A DNA stretch of 37,074 nt from Enterobacteria phage SfV: sequence record NC_003444, one strand, 5' to 3'. A program made the position numbers and the translations under genes. This document shows, piece by piece, positions 9,782 through 20,651 of this stretch. The notes under the pieces were generated by a model. The model made no database searches, was not told where the DNA came from, and saw only the letters and a program-made list of their open reading frames with translations. Each line of letters starts with the position of its first letter. Positions within the stretch are counted from its first letter, which is position 1.

Positions 9782-11609
9782 ATTTGAGCTTAAGGCGTTG
9801 ATCACCGGTGTCGACAGGCTTTCTCCCGCGCTGTCGAAAATGCAAAAGAAAATCCGGGGATTTAAACGCCAGGCGGAAGAAGCGTCACAGGGTGGGCTGG
9901 CGCTTGGTGGCGGACTGGCAGCGGGGCTGACGCTTTCCCTGAAATCTTATGCCGATCAGGAAAACGCCGCCACCGGGCTGAAAGTCGCCATGATGGATGC
10001 GAACGGCGAGGTTGGAAAGAGCTTTCAGGACATCAATAAACTGGCTATTGGCCTGGGTAACCAGCTACCCGGTACAACGGCTGATTTCCAGAACATGATG
10101 CAGATGCTGGTGCGTCAGGGGATCCCGGCAGAAAACATTCTGGGTGGTGTGGGTAAAGCGACAGCTTATCTTGCGGTACAACTGAAAAAAACACCGGAAG
10201 CGGCTGCCGAGTTTGCCGCAAAGATGCAGGATGCTACCGGAACGGCGTCAGAAGACATGATGGGGCTGTTCGACACTATCCAGAAGGCGTTTTATCTGGG
10301 CGTTGACGATACCAACATGTTGTCCTTCTTCACTAAAACCAGTTCTGTTCTGAAGATGGTGAACAAGGACGGTCTTCAGGCTGCACAGAGCCTTGCCCCC
10401 ATCAGCGTCATGATGGATCAGATGGGGATGAACGGGGAGTCGGCAGGTAATGCCCTGCGAAAAGTTATCCAGTCCGGATTAAGTGTTAAGAAAATCAGGG
10501 ACGTCAATAAAGTCATGGCCCGCCAGAAACTCGGAGTACAGCTCGATTTTACTGACGGCAAAGGAAGTTTTGGCGGTCTTGATAACATGTTCAGGCAACT
10601 GGCAAAGCTGCGAAAACTGACCGACGTTAAGCGAACCGGTGTACTTAAGGCAATATTTGGTGATGATGCCGAAACCCTTCAGGTGGTCAATGCGCTGATC
10701 GATAAAGGAAAGGATGGCTACGATCAGATCCAGCAGAAGATGAATAAACAGGCCAGCCTGAATAAACGTGTTCAGGCACAGCTTGGTACGCTGTCCAACC
10801 TGTGGGAGGCAATGACAGGGACCGCAACTAACGGCCTTGCGGCTATTGGCGGCGCATTTTCTGGTGACGCTAAAAATATCACACAATGGCTGGGGGAGTT
10901 GGGGGAGAAATTCACGAAGTTTGCGGATGAAAATCCCCGGGTTATTCGCGGCGTCGTCGGGCTTGCTGCCGGTCTTGCGATTCTGAAACTGGGATTGATG
11001 GGCGTTGGCGGTGCCATCAGTATTGTCAGCAGGATCATGTCGATGACGCCGATTGGCATGATTGCGACGGCGATAGCCCTGGCTGCGGGATTAATTATCA
11101 CTAACTGGGATGTTGTCGGACCTTATTTTAAGAAACTCTGGGAAACCATTGGTCCTTATTTTGAGGCTGGCTGGGAACTCCTTAAGAAAGTTTTTGCCTG
11201 GTCGCCGCTGGGGATGGTGATCAATAATTGGGGGCCGGTTGTTAAGTGGTTTCAGGATATGTGGGACAAGCTGAAGCCAATTATTGAGTGGTTTACCGAC
11301 AGTTCCGGTGACACGGTCGATGCCATTAACTCTGCGCAGTGGGGCGCGGGTGCTTATGATGCTTATGGGACGGGAATACCGGCGCGGGGATACACACCTT
11401 ATCCGGCGGTAGATCCGGCTCAGTCAAACAATGCCTCCGGTGCCACAGGCCCGAATCCCTTCATGATTAACAAAGCTTCTGCGCCAAAAGTTGATGGTGA
11501 GATCAAGGTATCTTTTGTGAATTCGCCTCCGGGTATGCGGGTTATGGAAACGCGATCCAGCGGTTTTGATGTCAGCCATGATGTTGGCTATACGCGCTTT
11601 GGCAGGTAA
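9774..11609 (+). CDS. tail tape measure protein
   Basis: 611 aa; Gly/Ala-rich hydrophobic segments; follows the chaperone pair. Confidence 0.85.
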   Translation: MAEFELKALITGVDRLSPALSKMQKKIRGFKRQAEEASQGGLALGGGLAAGLTLSLKSYADQENAATGLKVAMMDANGEVGKSFQDINKLAIGLGNQLPGTTADFQNMMQMLVRQGIPAENILGGVGKATAYLAVQLKKTPEAAAEFAAKMQDATGTASEDMMGLFDTIQKAFYLGVDDTNMLSFFTKTSSVLKMVNKDGLQAAQSLAPISVMMDQMGMNGESAGNALRKVIQSGLSVKKIRDVNKVMARQKLGVQLDFTDGKGSFGGLDNMFRQLAKLRKLTDVKRTGVLKAIFGDDAETLQVVNALIDKGKDGYDQIQQKMNKQASLNKRVQAQLGTLSNLWEAMTGTATNGLAAIGGAFSGDAKNITQWLGELGEKFTKFADENPRVIRGVVGLAAGLAILKLGLMGVGGAISIVSRIMSMTPIGMIATAIALAAGLIITNWDVVGPYFKKLWETIGPYFEAGWELLKKVFAWSPLGMVINNWGPVVKWFQDMWDKLKPIIEWFTDSSGDTVDAINSAQWGAGAYDAYGTGIPARGYTPYPAVDPAQSNNASGATGPNPFMINKASAPKVDGEIKVSFVNSPPGMRVMETRSSGFDVSHDVGYTRFGR

Positions 11610-11669
11610 TGAAAAATTAGTTTGTTAATTAGTCCCACTCCGGTGGGATTTTTTATGCACGGAGTTTAT

Positions 11670-12998
11670 ATGACGTGGAAAGACAGGCTTCAGGACGCGT
11701 CATTTCGCGGTGTACCGTTTAAGGTCGAAGAAGAAAGTGCGGGAACAGGTCGCCGTGTGGAAACGCACGAATACCCGAACCGCGACAAACCCTATACCGA
11801 AGATCTGGGAAAAGTCACTTTCCGCCCGTCCATCACGGCTTATGTGGTGGGAGATGACTGCTTTGACCAGCGCGATCGCCTGATTGACGCGCTGAATAAA
11901 CCCGGTCCCGGCACGCTTGTCCATCCGACATACGGTGAGCTGAAAGTCTGTGTTGACGGGGAAGTTCGGGTCAGCACATCGAAAAGTGAAGGACGTATTG
12001 TCCGCTTTGACCTGAAGTTTGTCGAAGCAGGAGAGCTCTCTTACCCCACATCAGGTGCGGCGACGGCGCAGACGCTGATGTCATCCTGTTCTGCACTGGA
12101 TGACTGCATCAGTGACAGCTTCAGCGGTTTCAGTATCGATGGCGTGGCGGATTTTGTGCAGAACGACGTCGTTGGTAATGTCAGCACAATGCTTGGGTAT
12201 GTTTCTGATGCGATGAAAGTGGTGGATTCTGCCGTATCGGATGCGGCCAGGCTGTTGCAGGGGGATATCTCGGTACTTCTGCCGCCACCATCGTCAGGCA
12301 AAAATTTCGTTGAGCAGGTGCAGAAAATGTGGCGTACCGGGAAACGCCTTTATGGTAACGCCAGCGACCTGGTCACCATGATCAAAACGCTTTCCGGTGT
12401 CAGCCTCGGCAGCGATCTGCAACCGCGCGGCGTCTGGAAAACGGACAGTAAAACCACCGCCACGGCGACGCAGCAGCGTAACGTGGTTGCCAGCACCCTT
12501 CGTACGACCGCAATCAGCGAAGCGGCGTATGCCGTCACCCGATTGCCTGCGCCAACAACTTCCGCGGTGATGCAGAATTCCGCAGTGGGGCAGGCAACAA
12601 CACCTGCGCAGAGCACTGGCTGGCCTTCCGTCACGCATCCGGCACTGAACAATGCACCGGCGGTGAAAAACACGGTTGACCTGCCAACGTGGGAAGAACT
12701 GACTGACATTCGCGACACACTGAATACGGCAATTGATAAGGAGTTGTCCCGTACAACCAGTGATGCGCTGTTTCTGGCGCTGCGCCGGGTGAAAGCAGAT
12801 CTGAATGCGGATATCAACACGCGCCTTGAACAGTCTGCACGGATCATTCAGCGCACACCGGATGAGGTTTTACCCGCGCTGGTGCTGGCGGCGACCTGGT
12901 TTGATAACGCGGCGCGTGACGCGGACATTATCCGGCGTAATGCCATTACGCATCCCGGCTTTGTGCCGGTGATCCCTCTGAAGGTGCCAGTGCAATGA
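11670..12998 (+). CDS. DNA circularisation protein (Mu gpN-like)
   Basis: ORF 11622..12998; ATG 11670 after GGAG; N-terminus MTWKDRLQDASFRGVPF characteristic of the Mu N family. Confidence 0.8.
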   Translation: MTWKDRLQDASFRGVPFKVEEESAGTGRRVETHEYPNRDKPYTEDLGKVTFRPSITAYVVGDDCFDQRDRLIDALNKPGPGTLVHPTYGELKVCVDGEVRVSTSKSEGRIVRFDLKFVEAGELSYPTSGAATAQTLMSSCSALDDCISDSFSGFSIDGVADFVQNDVVGNVSTMLGYVSDAMKVVDSAVSDAARLLQGDISVLLPPPSSGKNFVEQVQKMWRTGKRLYGNASDLVTMIKTLSGVSLGSDLQPRGVWKTDSKTTATATQQRNVVASTLRTTAISEAAYAVTRLPAPTTSAVMQNSAVGQATTPAQSTGWPSVTHPALNNAPAVKNTVDLPTWEELTDIRDTLNTAIDKELSRTTSDALFLALRRVKADLNADINTRLEQSARIIQRTPDEVLPALVLAATWFDNAARDADIIRRNAITHPGFVPVIPLKVPVQ

Positions 12999-14074
12999 AC
13001 GACAATGTCACGCTACGGGTAAATGGCCGGGAGTGGAATGGCTGGACATCGGTGCGCATCGGTGCCGGTATTGAACGACTGGCGCGGGATTTCAGTGTGG
13101 ATATCACCCGCCAGTGGCCGGGAGATGAGGGTATTACCACGCTTCAGCCGCGCATTAAAAACGGTTCAAAAGTGGAAGTGCTGATTGGTGATGAGCTGGT
13201 GATCACCGGCTGGGTGGAGGCGACGCCCGTTCGTTACGATGCCCGTTCGGTCAGCACCGGTATTGCCGGACGTAGTCTGACGGCTGACCTGATTGACTGT
13301 GCAGCCGAACCGACACAGTTTAACGGACGATCGCTGGTACAGATTGCGCAGGCGCTTGCTGCGCCTTTCGGCATTGAGGTGGTGAACAACGGTGCGCCGT
13401 CGGGTGTTATTCCTGACGTCCAGCCCGATCACGGTGAAACGGTGATTGAGGTAATCAACAAAATACTCGGTCAGCAGCAGGCACTGGCTTACGACGACCC
13501 ACACGGCAGGCTGGTGATTGGTGGTATTGGCTCAACGCGGGCACATACTGCGCTGGTACTCGGGGAAAACATCCTTTCCTGCGATACGGAGAAGAGTATC
13601 CGGGAGCGTTTTTCTGTTTACCAGGTGGCGGGGCAGCGTGCCGGAAACGACGATGATTTCGGTGAGGCCACCACCACCGCGCTGCGGGCCCGCACAGAGG
13701 ACGCATTTATTGCCCGTTACCGTCCGATGTATATCAGGCAGACAGGGCAGGCTACGGGGGCAGGCTGTATTGCGCGTGCTGACTTTGAAGCCCGACAACG
13801 GGCGGCGCGGACGGATGAAACCACCTATGTGGTGCAGGGCTGGCGACAGGGTAACGGTACGCTGTGGCAGCCCAACCAGCGGGTGATTGTCTTTGATCCG
13901 GTCTGTGGTTTCGACAATACCGAACTGCTTGTTTCGGAAGTCACGTTTACTCAGGACCAGAACGGCACCCTGACGGAAATCCGTGTCGGCCCGCCTGATG
14001 CTTATCTGCCTGAACCCGAAGCCCCCGGCGCGCGGAAAAAGAAAAAAGCCAGAGTACAGGAGGACCCGTTCTGA
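12995..14074 (+). CDS. baseplate hub protein (Mu gpP / gp44-like)
   Basis: 359 aa; ATGA coupling; position in Mu-type baseplate module. Confidence 0.8.
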   Translation: MNDNVTLRVNGREWNGWTSVRIGAGIERLARDFSVDITRQWPGDEGITTLQPRIKNGSKVEVLIGDELVITGWVEATPVRYDARSVSTGIAGRSLTADLIDCAAEPTQFNGRSLVQIAQALAAPFGIEVVNNGAPSGVIPDVQPDHGETVIEVINKILGQQQALAYDDPHGRLVIGGIGSTRAHTALVLGENILSCDTEKSIRERFSVYQVAGQRAGNDDDFGEATTTALRARTEDAFIARYRPMYIRQTGQATGAGCIARADFEARQRAARTDETTYVVQGWRQGNGTLWQPNQRVIVFDPVCGFDNTELLVSEVTFTQDQNGTLTEIRVGPPDAYLPEPEAPGARKKKKARVQEDPF

Positions 14075-14622
14075 TGAGGACGATTGAAGCCATGCAGCGA
14101 CAACTCCTCGGCCTGATTGGGCGGGCCGTGGTGAAAAGTATCAGTGCCGCCACGAAATGTCAGACCGTGGATGTGTCCCTGATTGCCGGTGAACCCAAAG
14201 CCGGGGTTGAACATCTTGAACCCTACGGTTTTACCGCAAGGGCAAACAGCGGTGCGGAAGCGGTGGTGTTGTTTCCGGATGGCGACCGTTCTCATGCGGT
14301 GGTTGTTACGGTGTCGGACCGGCGCTACCGCCTGAAAGGGCTGCAGACGGGTGAGGTGGCTGTCTATGACGATCAGGGGCAGTCCGTGACGCTGACCCGG
14401 GAGGGGATCGTGGTGGACGGTGCAGGTAAAACGATCACGTTTCGCAATGCACCTGAAGCACGTTTTGAAATGGACCTGGAAGTGACAGGACAGGTGAAAG
14501 ACCTGTGCGACTCCGGCGGCACCACCATGTCAGCGATGCGGCTTGCCTATAACGGCCATCGTCACAGAGAGAACGGTCAGGGCAGTAACACCGATAAACC
14601 TGATAAAGCGATGGAGGCATGA
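14074..14622 (+). CDS. baseplate assembly protein V / spike (Mu gp45-like)
   Basis: 182 aa; position and size. Confidence 0.8.
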   Translation: MRTIEAMQRQLLGLIGRAVVKSISAATKCQTVDVSLIAGEPKAGVEHLEPYGFTARANSGAEAVVLFPDGDRSHAVVVTVSDRRYRLKGLQTGEVAVYDDQGQSVTLTREGIVVDGAGKTITFRNAPEARFEMDLEVTGQVKDLCDSGGTTMSAMRLAYNGHRHRENGQGSNTDKPDKAMEA

Positions 14623-15047
14623 TGGAACTGTGGCTGACGGTGAACGGTAAACGCACCTGCGCCAGCGCACCGCTGGATCCGCTGACCCGTGCCGTGGTGA
14701 TTTCCCTGTTCACCTGGCGGCGGGCTGAACCTGATGACAATGCCGACGTCCCGATGGGATGGTGGGGGGATACCTGGCCTGCGGTACAGAATGACCGTTA
14801 CGGCTCCCGGCTGTGGCTGCTTCAGCGCAGCAAACTGACCAATCAGCTGGTGCAGACGGTAAGGGGGTATATCCGCGAATGCCTGCAATGGATGATTGAT
14901 GACGGCGTGGTGTCCCGTATTGATCTGGATATCCGCCGCACCGGGATTAATGAGCTGGGGAACAGTATCACCCTCTGGCGTCGTGACGGACCGGTAATGA
15001 TTTCTTTTGATGATCTGTGGAGTGCGATAACGCATGGCGGACAGTGA
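14619..15047 (+). CDS. baseplate protein (Mu gp46 / gp25-like)
   Basis: 142 aa; ATGA coupling; position. Confidence 0.75.
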   Translation: MMELWLTVNGKRTCASAPLDPLTRAVVISLFTWRRAEPDDNADVPMGWWGDTWPAVQNDRYGSRLWLLQRSKLTNQLVQTVRGYIRECLQWMIDDGVVSRIDLDIRRTGINELGNSITLWRRDGPVMISFDDLWSAITHGGQ

Positions 15048-16092
15048 ATTTCAGCGCCCGACGCTGGCAGAAAATATCAGTATGCTCCGTAACGATTTAT
15101 TCGCCAGGCTGGACGTCAGCGACACGCTCCGGCGCATGGATGAAGACGTGCGGGCAAAGGTGTATGCGGCGGCGCTGCATACGGTTTACGGTTACATCGA
15201 TTATCTGGCAATGAACATGCTGCCTGACCTGTGCGATGAGTCCTGGCTGGCGCGACATGCTGCGATGAAACGGTGTCCGCGCAAGGGGGCCACGGCTGCC
15301 AGCGGGTATATGCGCTGGGAAGGTGTCAGCGATGGCCTGAAGGTGACCGCCGGGAGTGTTATTCAGCGCGATGACCTGGTGCAGTACACGGCAACTGCCG
15401 ATGCAATCAGCTCCGGTGGTGTCCTGCGCGTGCCGATCGCCTGCTCAAGTGCAGGCGCGGTCGGTAACGCTGACGACGGTACGTCATTAATCCTGGTCAC
15501 GCCGGTGAATGGTCTGCCGTCTTCCGGCGTGGCAGATACACTGACAGGTGGATTTGATACTGAAGAGCTGGAAACGTGGCGCGCCCGCGTCATTGAGCGG
15601 TATTACTGGACGCCTCAGGGCGGGGCTGACGGGGACTATGTCGTCTGGGCTAAAGAAGTTCCCGGCATTACCCGCGCATGGACATACCGACACTGGATGG
15701 GAACGGGAACTGTCGGTGTGATGATTGCCAGCAGTGACCTGATTAATCCCATTCCGGAAGAATCAACGGAAACGGCGGCAAGACAACACATTGAGCCACT
15801 GGCCCCGGTGGCAGGCTCTGATTTGTATGTATTCAGGCCGGTGGCGCATAAAGTGGATTTTCATATCCGCGTGACGCCGGACACACCGGAAATACGGGCT
15901 GCCATCACCGCGGAGTTGCGTTCGTTCCTGCTGCGTGATGGTTATCCGCAGGGAGAACTGAAGGTATCGCGTATCAGTGAGGCGATTTCCGGTGCGAACG
16001 GGGAATACAGCCATCAGTTGCTTGCCCCGGCGGACAATATCTCCATTGCAAAAAATGAACTGGCGGTTCTGGGGACGATTTCATGGACGTGA
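15034..16092 (+). CDS. baseplate J-like protein (Mu gp47-like)
   Basis: 352 aa; position. Confidence 0.85.
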   Translation: MADSEFQRPTLAENISMLRNDLFARLDVSDTLRRMDEDVRAKVYAAALHTVYGYIDYLAMNMLPDLCDESWLARHAAMKRCPRKGATAASGYMRWEGVSDGLKVTAGSVIQRDDLVQYTATADAISSGGVLRVPIACSSAGAVGNADDGTSLILVTPVNGLPSSGVADTLTGGFDTEELETWRARVIERYYWTPQGGADGDYVVWAKEVPGITRAWTYRHWMGTGTVGVMIASSDLINPIPEESTETAARQHIEPLAPVAGSDLYVFRPVAHKVDFHIRVTPDTPEIRAAITAELRSFLLRDGYPQGELKVSRISEAISGANGEYSHQLLAPADNISIAKNELAVLGTISWT

Positions 16093-16667
16093 CAAACGAT
16101 GATTACATCCGCCTGTTATCGGCACTGTTGCCGCCCGGTCCTGCATGGTCAGCCAGCGATCCGGCGATTGCCGGTGCGGCACCTTCATTAACCCGCGTTC
16201 ATCAGCGTGCGGATGCCCTGATGCGGGAGCTGGATCCGCGCACCACCACTGAACTGATAAACCGCTGGGAGCGTCTGTGCGGTCTGCCGGATGAATGTAT
16301 TCCGGCGGGAACGCAGACCCTTCGCCAGCGTCAGCAACGGCTGGATGCGAAGGTTAACCTGGCGGGCGGCATCAATGAGGATTTTTACCTTGCACAGCTT
16401 GCTGCCCTGGGCAGACCAGACGCCACCATCACGCGATACGACAAAAGCACGTTCACCTGCTCATCGGCCTGTACTGACGCGGTGAATGCGCCGGAATGGC
16501 GGTATTACTGGCAGGTCAACATGCCAGCTGCCACCAACACCACCTGGATGACATGTGGCGATCCCTGTGATTCCGCGCTGCGTATCTGGGGCGACACCGT
16601 TGTCGAGTGTGTGCTTAACAAACTCTGCCCGTCGCATACCTACGTAATTTTTAAATATCCGGAGTAA
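16083..16667 (+). CDS. tail protein (Mu gp48-like, DUF2313)
   Basis: 194 aa, Cys-containing; position between baseplate J and tail fibre. Confidence 0.7.
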   Translation: MDVTNDDYIRLLSALLPPGPAWSASDPAIAGAAPSLTRVHQRADALMRELDPRTTTELINRWERLCGLPDECIPAGTQTLRQRQQRLDAKVNLAGGINEDFYLAQLAALGRPDATITRYDKSTFTCSSACTDAVNAPEWRYYWQVNMPAATNTTWMTCGDPCDSALRIWGDTVVECVLNKLCPSHTYVIFKYPE

Positions 16668-16670
16668 TCC

Positions 16671-17321
16671 ATGCATCGTATAGACACGAAAACCGCGCAG
16701 AAGGATAAGTTCGGCGCGGGTAAGAACGGTTTTACCCGTGGTAACCCCCAGACAGGCACGCCTGCCACCGATCTGGATGATGACTACTTTGACATGTTGC
16801 AGGAAGAACTCTGCAGCGTGGTGGAGGCATCCGGGGCCAGTCTGGAGAAGGCGCAGCACGACCAGCTGCTTACCGCGCTTCGTGCGCTGCTGTTAAGCCG
16901 CAAGAATCCGTTTGGCGATATCAAATCGGATGGCACGGTGAAAACGGCTCTCGAAAACCTTGGTTTGGGAGAAGCGGCAAAACGGGATATAGGGACAGGG
17001 GCAAATCAGATACCTGATATGAGTTTATTCGCGTCAATTAATACCGTAACGGCTGCTGCGCAAAAATTTCCGTCCGGATTAGTTTTACAGTGCGGTCAGT
17101 TGAATGGTGCCCCGAATGTATCTTCAACATACGGGATGAAGTTCCCGATGACGTTCTCAAGAGTCATTGCTGTCGTAGTTACATTAAACGTTACTGGCGC
17201 GGCAGGGCAGCCGACTGTATCGGCGACAAATGTCCAGAACACTGGATTTGATATTACTGTGTCGCCTGGTTCAGGATACGGCGCATCTGCTGATGCGTAT
17301 TACATTGCAATGGGATATTAA
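16671..17321 (+). CDS. tail fibre protein (short)
   Basis: 216 aa; N-terminus [22 protein letters not shown] resembles conserved tail-fibre N-terminal domains; followed by assembly chaperone. Confidence 0.75.
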   Translation: MHRIDTKTAQKDKFGAGKNGFTRGNPQTGTPATDLDDDYFDMLQEELCSVVEASGASLEKAQHDQLLTALRALLLSRKNPFGDIKSDGTVKTALENLGLGEAAKRDIGTGANQIPDMSLFASINTVTAAAQKFPSGLVLQCGQLNGAPNVSSTYGMKFPMTFSRVIAVVVTLNVTGAAGQPTVSATNVQNTGFDITVSPGSGYGASADAYYIAMGY

Positions 17322-17325
17322 CGAA

Positions 17326-17733
17326 ATGTCATATTTTTATTCTGCATCGACAAACGGATTTTATTCGACTGAATTTCACGGCACCAATATTCCTGATGAT
17401 GCAGTGGAAATCTCGGAATCAGAATGGGAAACATTGATTAATTCACAGGGTGTAACAAAAATGATTACCTGTGGTGAGAACGGTCATCCTGTCATTGTTG
17501 ACCGTCCTTCTCCAACACCAGAACGATTAGCCTTAATAAATGATGAAAAGAAATCTGCACTGATAGCAGAGGCAACGAATGTAATAGCTCCGCTTCAGGA
17601 TGCGGTTGATTTAGGTATGGCAACAGATGATGAAACGAAACTGTTACTGGCATGGGAAAAATATCGGGTGCTATTGATGCGTGTTGATATAAAAAATACA
17701 GAGTGGCCGAAAAAACCAGAGGGAAATAAATAA
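17326..17733 (+). CDS. tail fibre assembly protein (Tfa-like)
   Basis: ATG 17326 (MSYFYSASTNGFY...), 135 aa; typical Tfa N-terminus; position. Confidence 0.75.
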   Translation: MSYFYSASTNGFYSTEFHGTNIPDDAVEISESEWETLINSQGVTKMITCGENGHPVIVDRPSPTPERLALINDEKKSALIAEATNVIAPLQDAVDLGMATDDETKLLLAWEKYRVLLMRVDIKNTEWPKKPEGNK

Positions 17734-17784
17734 TGGGGATTTCGTTATCGGATGAAGAAAGAGACCGTTAATTATAACTGCAGA

Positions 17785-17807
17785 TCCCCCCCTAAGTTTC
17801 GGGGGGG
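17785..17807. terminator. G/C hairpin between convergent tail-fibre and gtr operons (possible bidirectional terminator)
   Basis: C7 (17785-17791), 8-nt loop, G8 (17800-17807), in the 124-nt gap between convergent genes. Confidence 0.35.
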
Positions 17808-17857
17808 GTATTGATGCAAAACTTAGCTCAATAGCATTAAGTAACTACCATTCAACA

Positions 17858-19111
17858 TTAAGGCTGTTTTTTTATTAATGTCATCGTCCATCCTGCAGGG
17901 TTGAACTTGAAAGAATACGATTCTCCTGGTGCTAAACTTTCAAATTTTTTAACTTGCTCTTTCCACCCGTAATCTGGGAGTGGGGTAAGATTGAAAAAAT
18001 ATAAACATGAGATTAACGATGTTGTATATAATATCCATGGTAGGAATTTAAAGTCCAACTGGGAAATATGGTTTAAGAAGTAAACCAATACAGAGTACCA
18101 TATAATTGTTGGTATGACAGAATATCTTCCCCCGCCATGAATTAATAATGGCCATTGCTCACTTGTAGAAGAAAGCATTGGTTTTGCTAGTGAAAACGTT
18201 AATGTTAGTATTGCGAAAACTATTGCCGAGCGCATGGGGTAATTGGAAACAATAAATGTAAAAATAGTGATGGAAAGACAAATCATTGTAATTGCAATGC
18301 AAATTGAATCATGATTCCATAAAGGTGGCAAAAAGTCACCATTAGCCCATAAACCCAGAAAAACCTTTGTTGTTAATATTTTGCAAAGTGTTGCGAAATT
18401 AGCTCCAAGAACCATATCAACTCTGGTCTCAGAGGATGTCATGATAATAGAAATAAATTGAATCAAACAAATAGCAATGAAAACGTATTCGTGAGTGGTG
18501 ATTTTTTTTGTAGATAAGCGTTTTTGTATAAGTATATTTATCCCTACCATTGGAGCCATGAACACTATAAATGGGCCACTTAGTCCACATATGATTATCG
18601 CTATATAATCGTGTGCTTTTTGATAATTATTTGTAGGCTTTGGAGCTAACATAACAAGAAGTAAATATAGTGATAAATACCAATGATCATTAGTAACATT
18701 GGCGTGCACTTCTGATACTTCCGGCATTGTTATAATAAACAAAGCAGTAAATATTCTTGGTGTTATGTTTACGTAACTAAATCTTCCAGAGAGTATGAAA
18801 GATACAAGCAATGCCCTAACAATAATTGCGGAGATGTTAAAAATTAAAGGGGCATACATTAAATTAAAATTTAATGATATGGAGGCAATAAGTTTTGATA
18901 TGGTTTGATAATATCCATTTTGAGGGAATATCATTGATGTGAATATCCCATTATTGTATGCCATAGCATACCATACATGAGCATCTTCTGCCCAAAACTG
19001 CGGTGCTCTGATTATATCAGGACGGCGCAAATACATCAAAATAACTGCAATGAAAAATACACCAATTAAGAAAAATAGTTTTTTTACATATGATGTTTTA
19101 AGGCTTTTCAT
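17858..19111 (-). CDS. gtrC: serotype-specific O-antigen glucosyltransferase GtrC (type-specific Gtr; matches my memory of 417-aa GtrV)
   Basis: 417-aa polytopic membrane protein directly downstream of gtrB; third gene of a gtrA-gtrB-gtr(type) cassette. Confidence 0.75.
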   Translation of the reverse strand: MKSLKTSYVKKLFFLIGVFFIAVILMYLRRPDIIRAPQFWAEDAHVWYAMAYNNGIFTSMIFPQNGYYQTISKLIASISLNFNLMYAPLIFNISAIIVRALLVSFILSGRFSYVNITPRIFTALFIITMPEVSEVHANVTNDHWYLSLYLLLVMLAPKPTNNYQKAHDYIAIIICGLSGPFIVFMAPMVGINILIQKRLSTKKITTHEYVFIAICLIQFISIIMTSSETRVDMVLGANFATLCKILTTKVFLGLWANGDFLPPLWNHDSICIAITMICLSITIFTFIVSNYPMRSAIVFAILTLTFSLAKPMLSSTSEQWPLLIHGGGRYSVIPTIIWYSVLVYFLNHISQLDFKFLPWILYTTSLISCLYFFNLTPLPDYGWKEQVKKFESLAPGESYSFKFNPAGWTMTLIKKQP

Positions 19112-20031
19112 TTTTGTTTCTCATTTTTGATGATGTATTTTGGGCGATGTTTGCTTTCAATATAGATTCTGCCTATATATTCACCGAGAACACCAATCCC
19201 GATCAGTTGCACTCCACCCAAGAAAAGTATTGATACAAGCAGGGAGGGATACCCGCGTACTGGGTTACCAAAGACAAGGGTGTCTATAATCATCCATGCA
19301 CCATATAAAAATGAAATGCTTGCAACAAACAAACCTATATAAGTCCATACGCGAAGAGGAAAGGTTGAAAAACTTGTGATACCTTCCAGTGCCAGATTCC
19401 ATAATTTCCAGCCATTAAATTTTGAGATGCCAGCAACGCGCTCTGCGCGTACATATTCAACGACATCTGTCTGACCACCCACCCAGCTCAGTATGCCTTT
19501 CATGAAAAGATTGCGCTCAGGCAACAGTTTAATGTTCTCCACAACCTCACGAGACATGAGTCGAAAATCTCCGACATTTTCCTCGATCTTTGGGGTGCTT
19601 ATTTTGTTGTGTAACTTATAGAACCACTCAGCTGTCTTACGTTTCAGTCGTCCATCAGTTGAGCGGTCTGAACGTTTAGCAAGCACCATGTCAGCACCTG
19701 CCTGCCACTTTTCAATAAGATGAGGGATGACCTCAATAGGATCTTGCAGGTCGACATCAATAGGAATTACAGCATCGCCGCTTGCATGGTCTAACCCTGC
19801 AAATAAGGCTGGTTCTTTACCAAAGTTGCGTGTAAATGACAGCGGAACAACTAGTGGGTCTGAAACAGCCAGCGCGTTAATAATTGACTCTGTGGCATCT
19901 TTACTTCCGTCATTTATGAATACAATTTCTACTTCATATGGCTTCAACTCTTGGAATTCACGTACCGTTTTATAGAAAACAGGTATCGCTTCTTCTTCAT
20001 TGAAGACAGGAACGACAAGAGATATTTTCAT
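19108..20031 (-). CDS. gtrB: bactoprenol glucosyltransferase GtrB (GT2 family)
   Basis: 307 aa; N-terminal GT2 signature ([15 protein letters not shown]...INDGSKD) plus C-terminal transmembrane helices. Confidence 0.9.
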   Translation of the reverse strand: MKISLVVPVFNEEEAIPVFYKTVREFQELKPYEVEIVFINDGSKDATESIINALAVSDPLVVPLSFTRNFGKEPALFAGLDHASGDAVIPIDVDLQDPIEVIPHLIEKWQAGADMVLAKRSDRSTDGRLKRKTAEWFYKLHNKISTPKIEENVGDFRLMSREVVENIKLLPERNLFMKGILSWVGGQTDVVEYVRAERVAGISKFNGWKLWNLALEGITSFSTFPLRVWTYIGLFVASISFLYGAWMIIDTLVFGNPVRGYPSLLVSILFLGGVQLIGIGVLGEYIGRIYIESKHRPKYIIKNEKQK

Positions 20032-20390
20032 TTCGCATCCCTAAAGACAATGAACTTTGAATAGACGAAACCGCACACCAGACTGATGGCGGAGAAGGTG
20101 ATAAGAGTGACTATTGGAGGAAGTGAGCATTTATCAGCTGCCCAACCAACAATCACACTCAATATTCCCATAAATCCCACGTATAACATGTAGCGCATCG
20201 CTGTAGTCGATGCTTTGAATGTGAATCTTGCATTCGCGAAGAAGCTAAAGCTCACAGCCACTACGAAACCTGTGAAGTTTGCCAGAGCCTGACTGGTATG
20301 TGCGGCATAGATACATACACCAAAAACCACCCAGTGTATAAGTGTGTTCAGCACACCTATAGATGTGTACTTTACAAATAACTTTAACAT
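20028..20390 (-). CDS. gtrA: GtrA flippase-like membrane protein
   Basis: 120 aa, four predicted TM segments, ATGA-coupled upstream of gtrB. Confidence 0.85.
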   Translation of the reverse strand: MLKLFVKYTSIGVLNTLIHWVVFGVCIYAAHTSQALANFTGFVVAVSFSFFANARFTFKASTTAMRYMLYVGFMGILSVIVGWAADKCSLPPIVTLITFSAISLVCGFVYSKFIVFRDAK

Positions 20391-20591
20391 TTATTTAATC
20401 AATGAGCTCTGAAAGGCATGAAGTCTATCATCCAAGTCTCAATTGGTCGATACTTGCTATGTCTGATGAGACAAAACTGAGACACATAAGGCCTCACAAT
20501 GGCTTGCAAGGCTTTACATGTTTTGATGTGGTGGGACGTGTGAGCCCAGTGTTGATGGGATAATCCTTTGAATTACAAGCGGATTCTTATA

Positions 20592-20637
20592 ATTCGTAAT
20601 GCGAAGGTCGTAGGTTCGACTCCTATTATCGGCACCA
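20592..20637 (+). other. attP core: 3' 46 nt of a tRNA-Thr(CGU) gene (thrW-like), not an intact tRNA
   Basis: Sequence attcgtaatgcgaaggtcgtaggttcgactcctattatcggcacca = anticodon loop (CGT), variable/T arm (GGTTCGACTCC) and acceptor 3' end with CCA; upstream sequence diverges from tRNA; lies immediately next to the integrase gene. Confidence 0.8.
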
Positions 20638-20651
20638 TTTAAATCAATAAG

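Noticed and set aside
17230-17733. 5' extension of the tail fibre assembly ORF from 17230
   Set aside because: The extension overlaps the last 90 nt of the tail fibre gene in another frame; the conserved Tfa N-terminus begins at ATG 17326.
20581-20640. Intact tRNA-Thr gene
   Set aside because: Only the 3' ~46 nt match a tRNA; the 5' half (acceptor 5' strand, D arm, anticodon stem 5' strand) is absent, so this is an attP core, not a functional tRNA.
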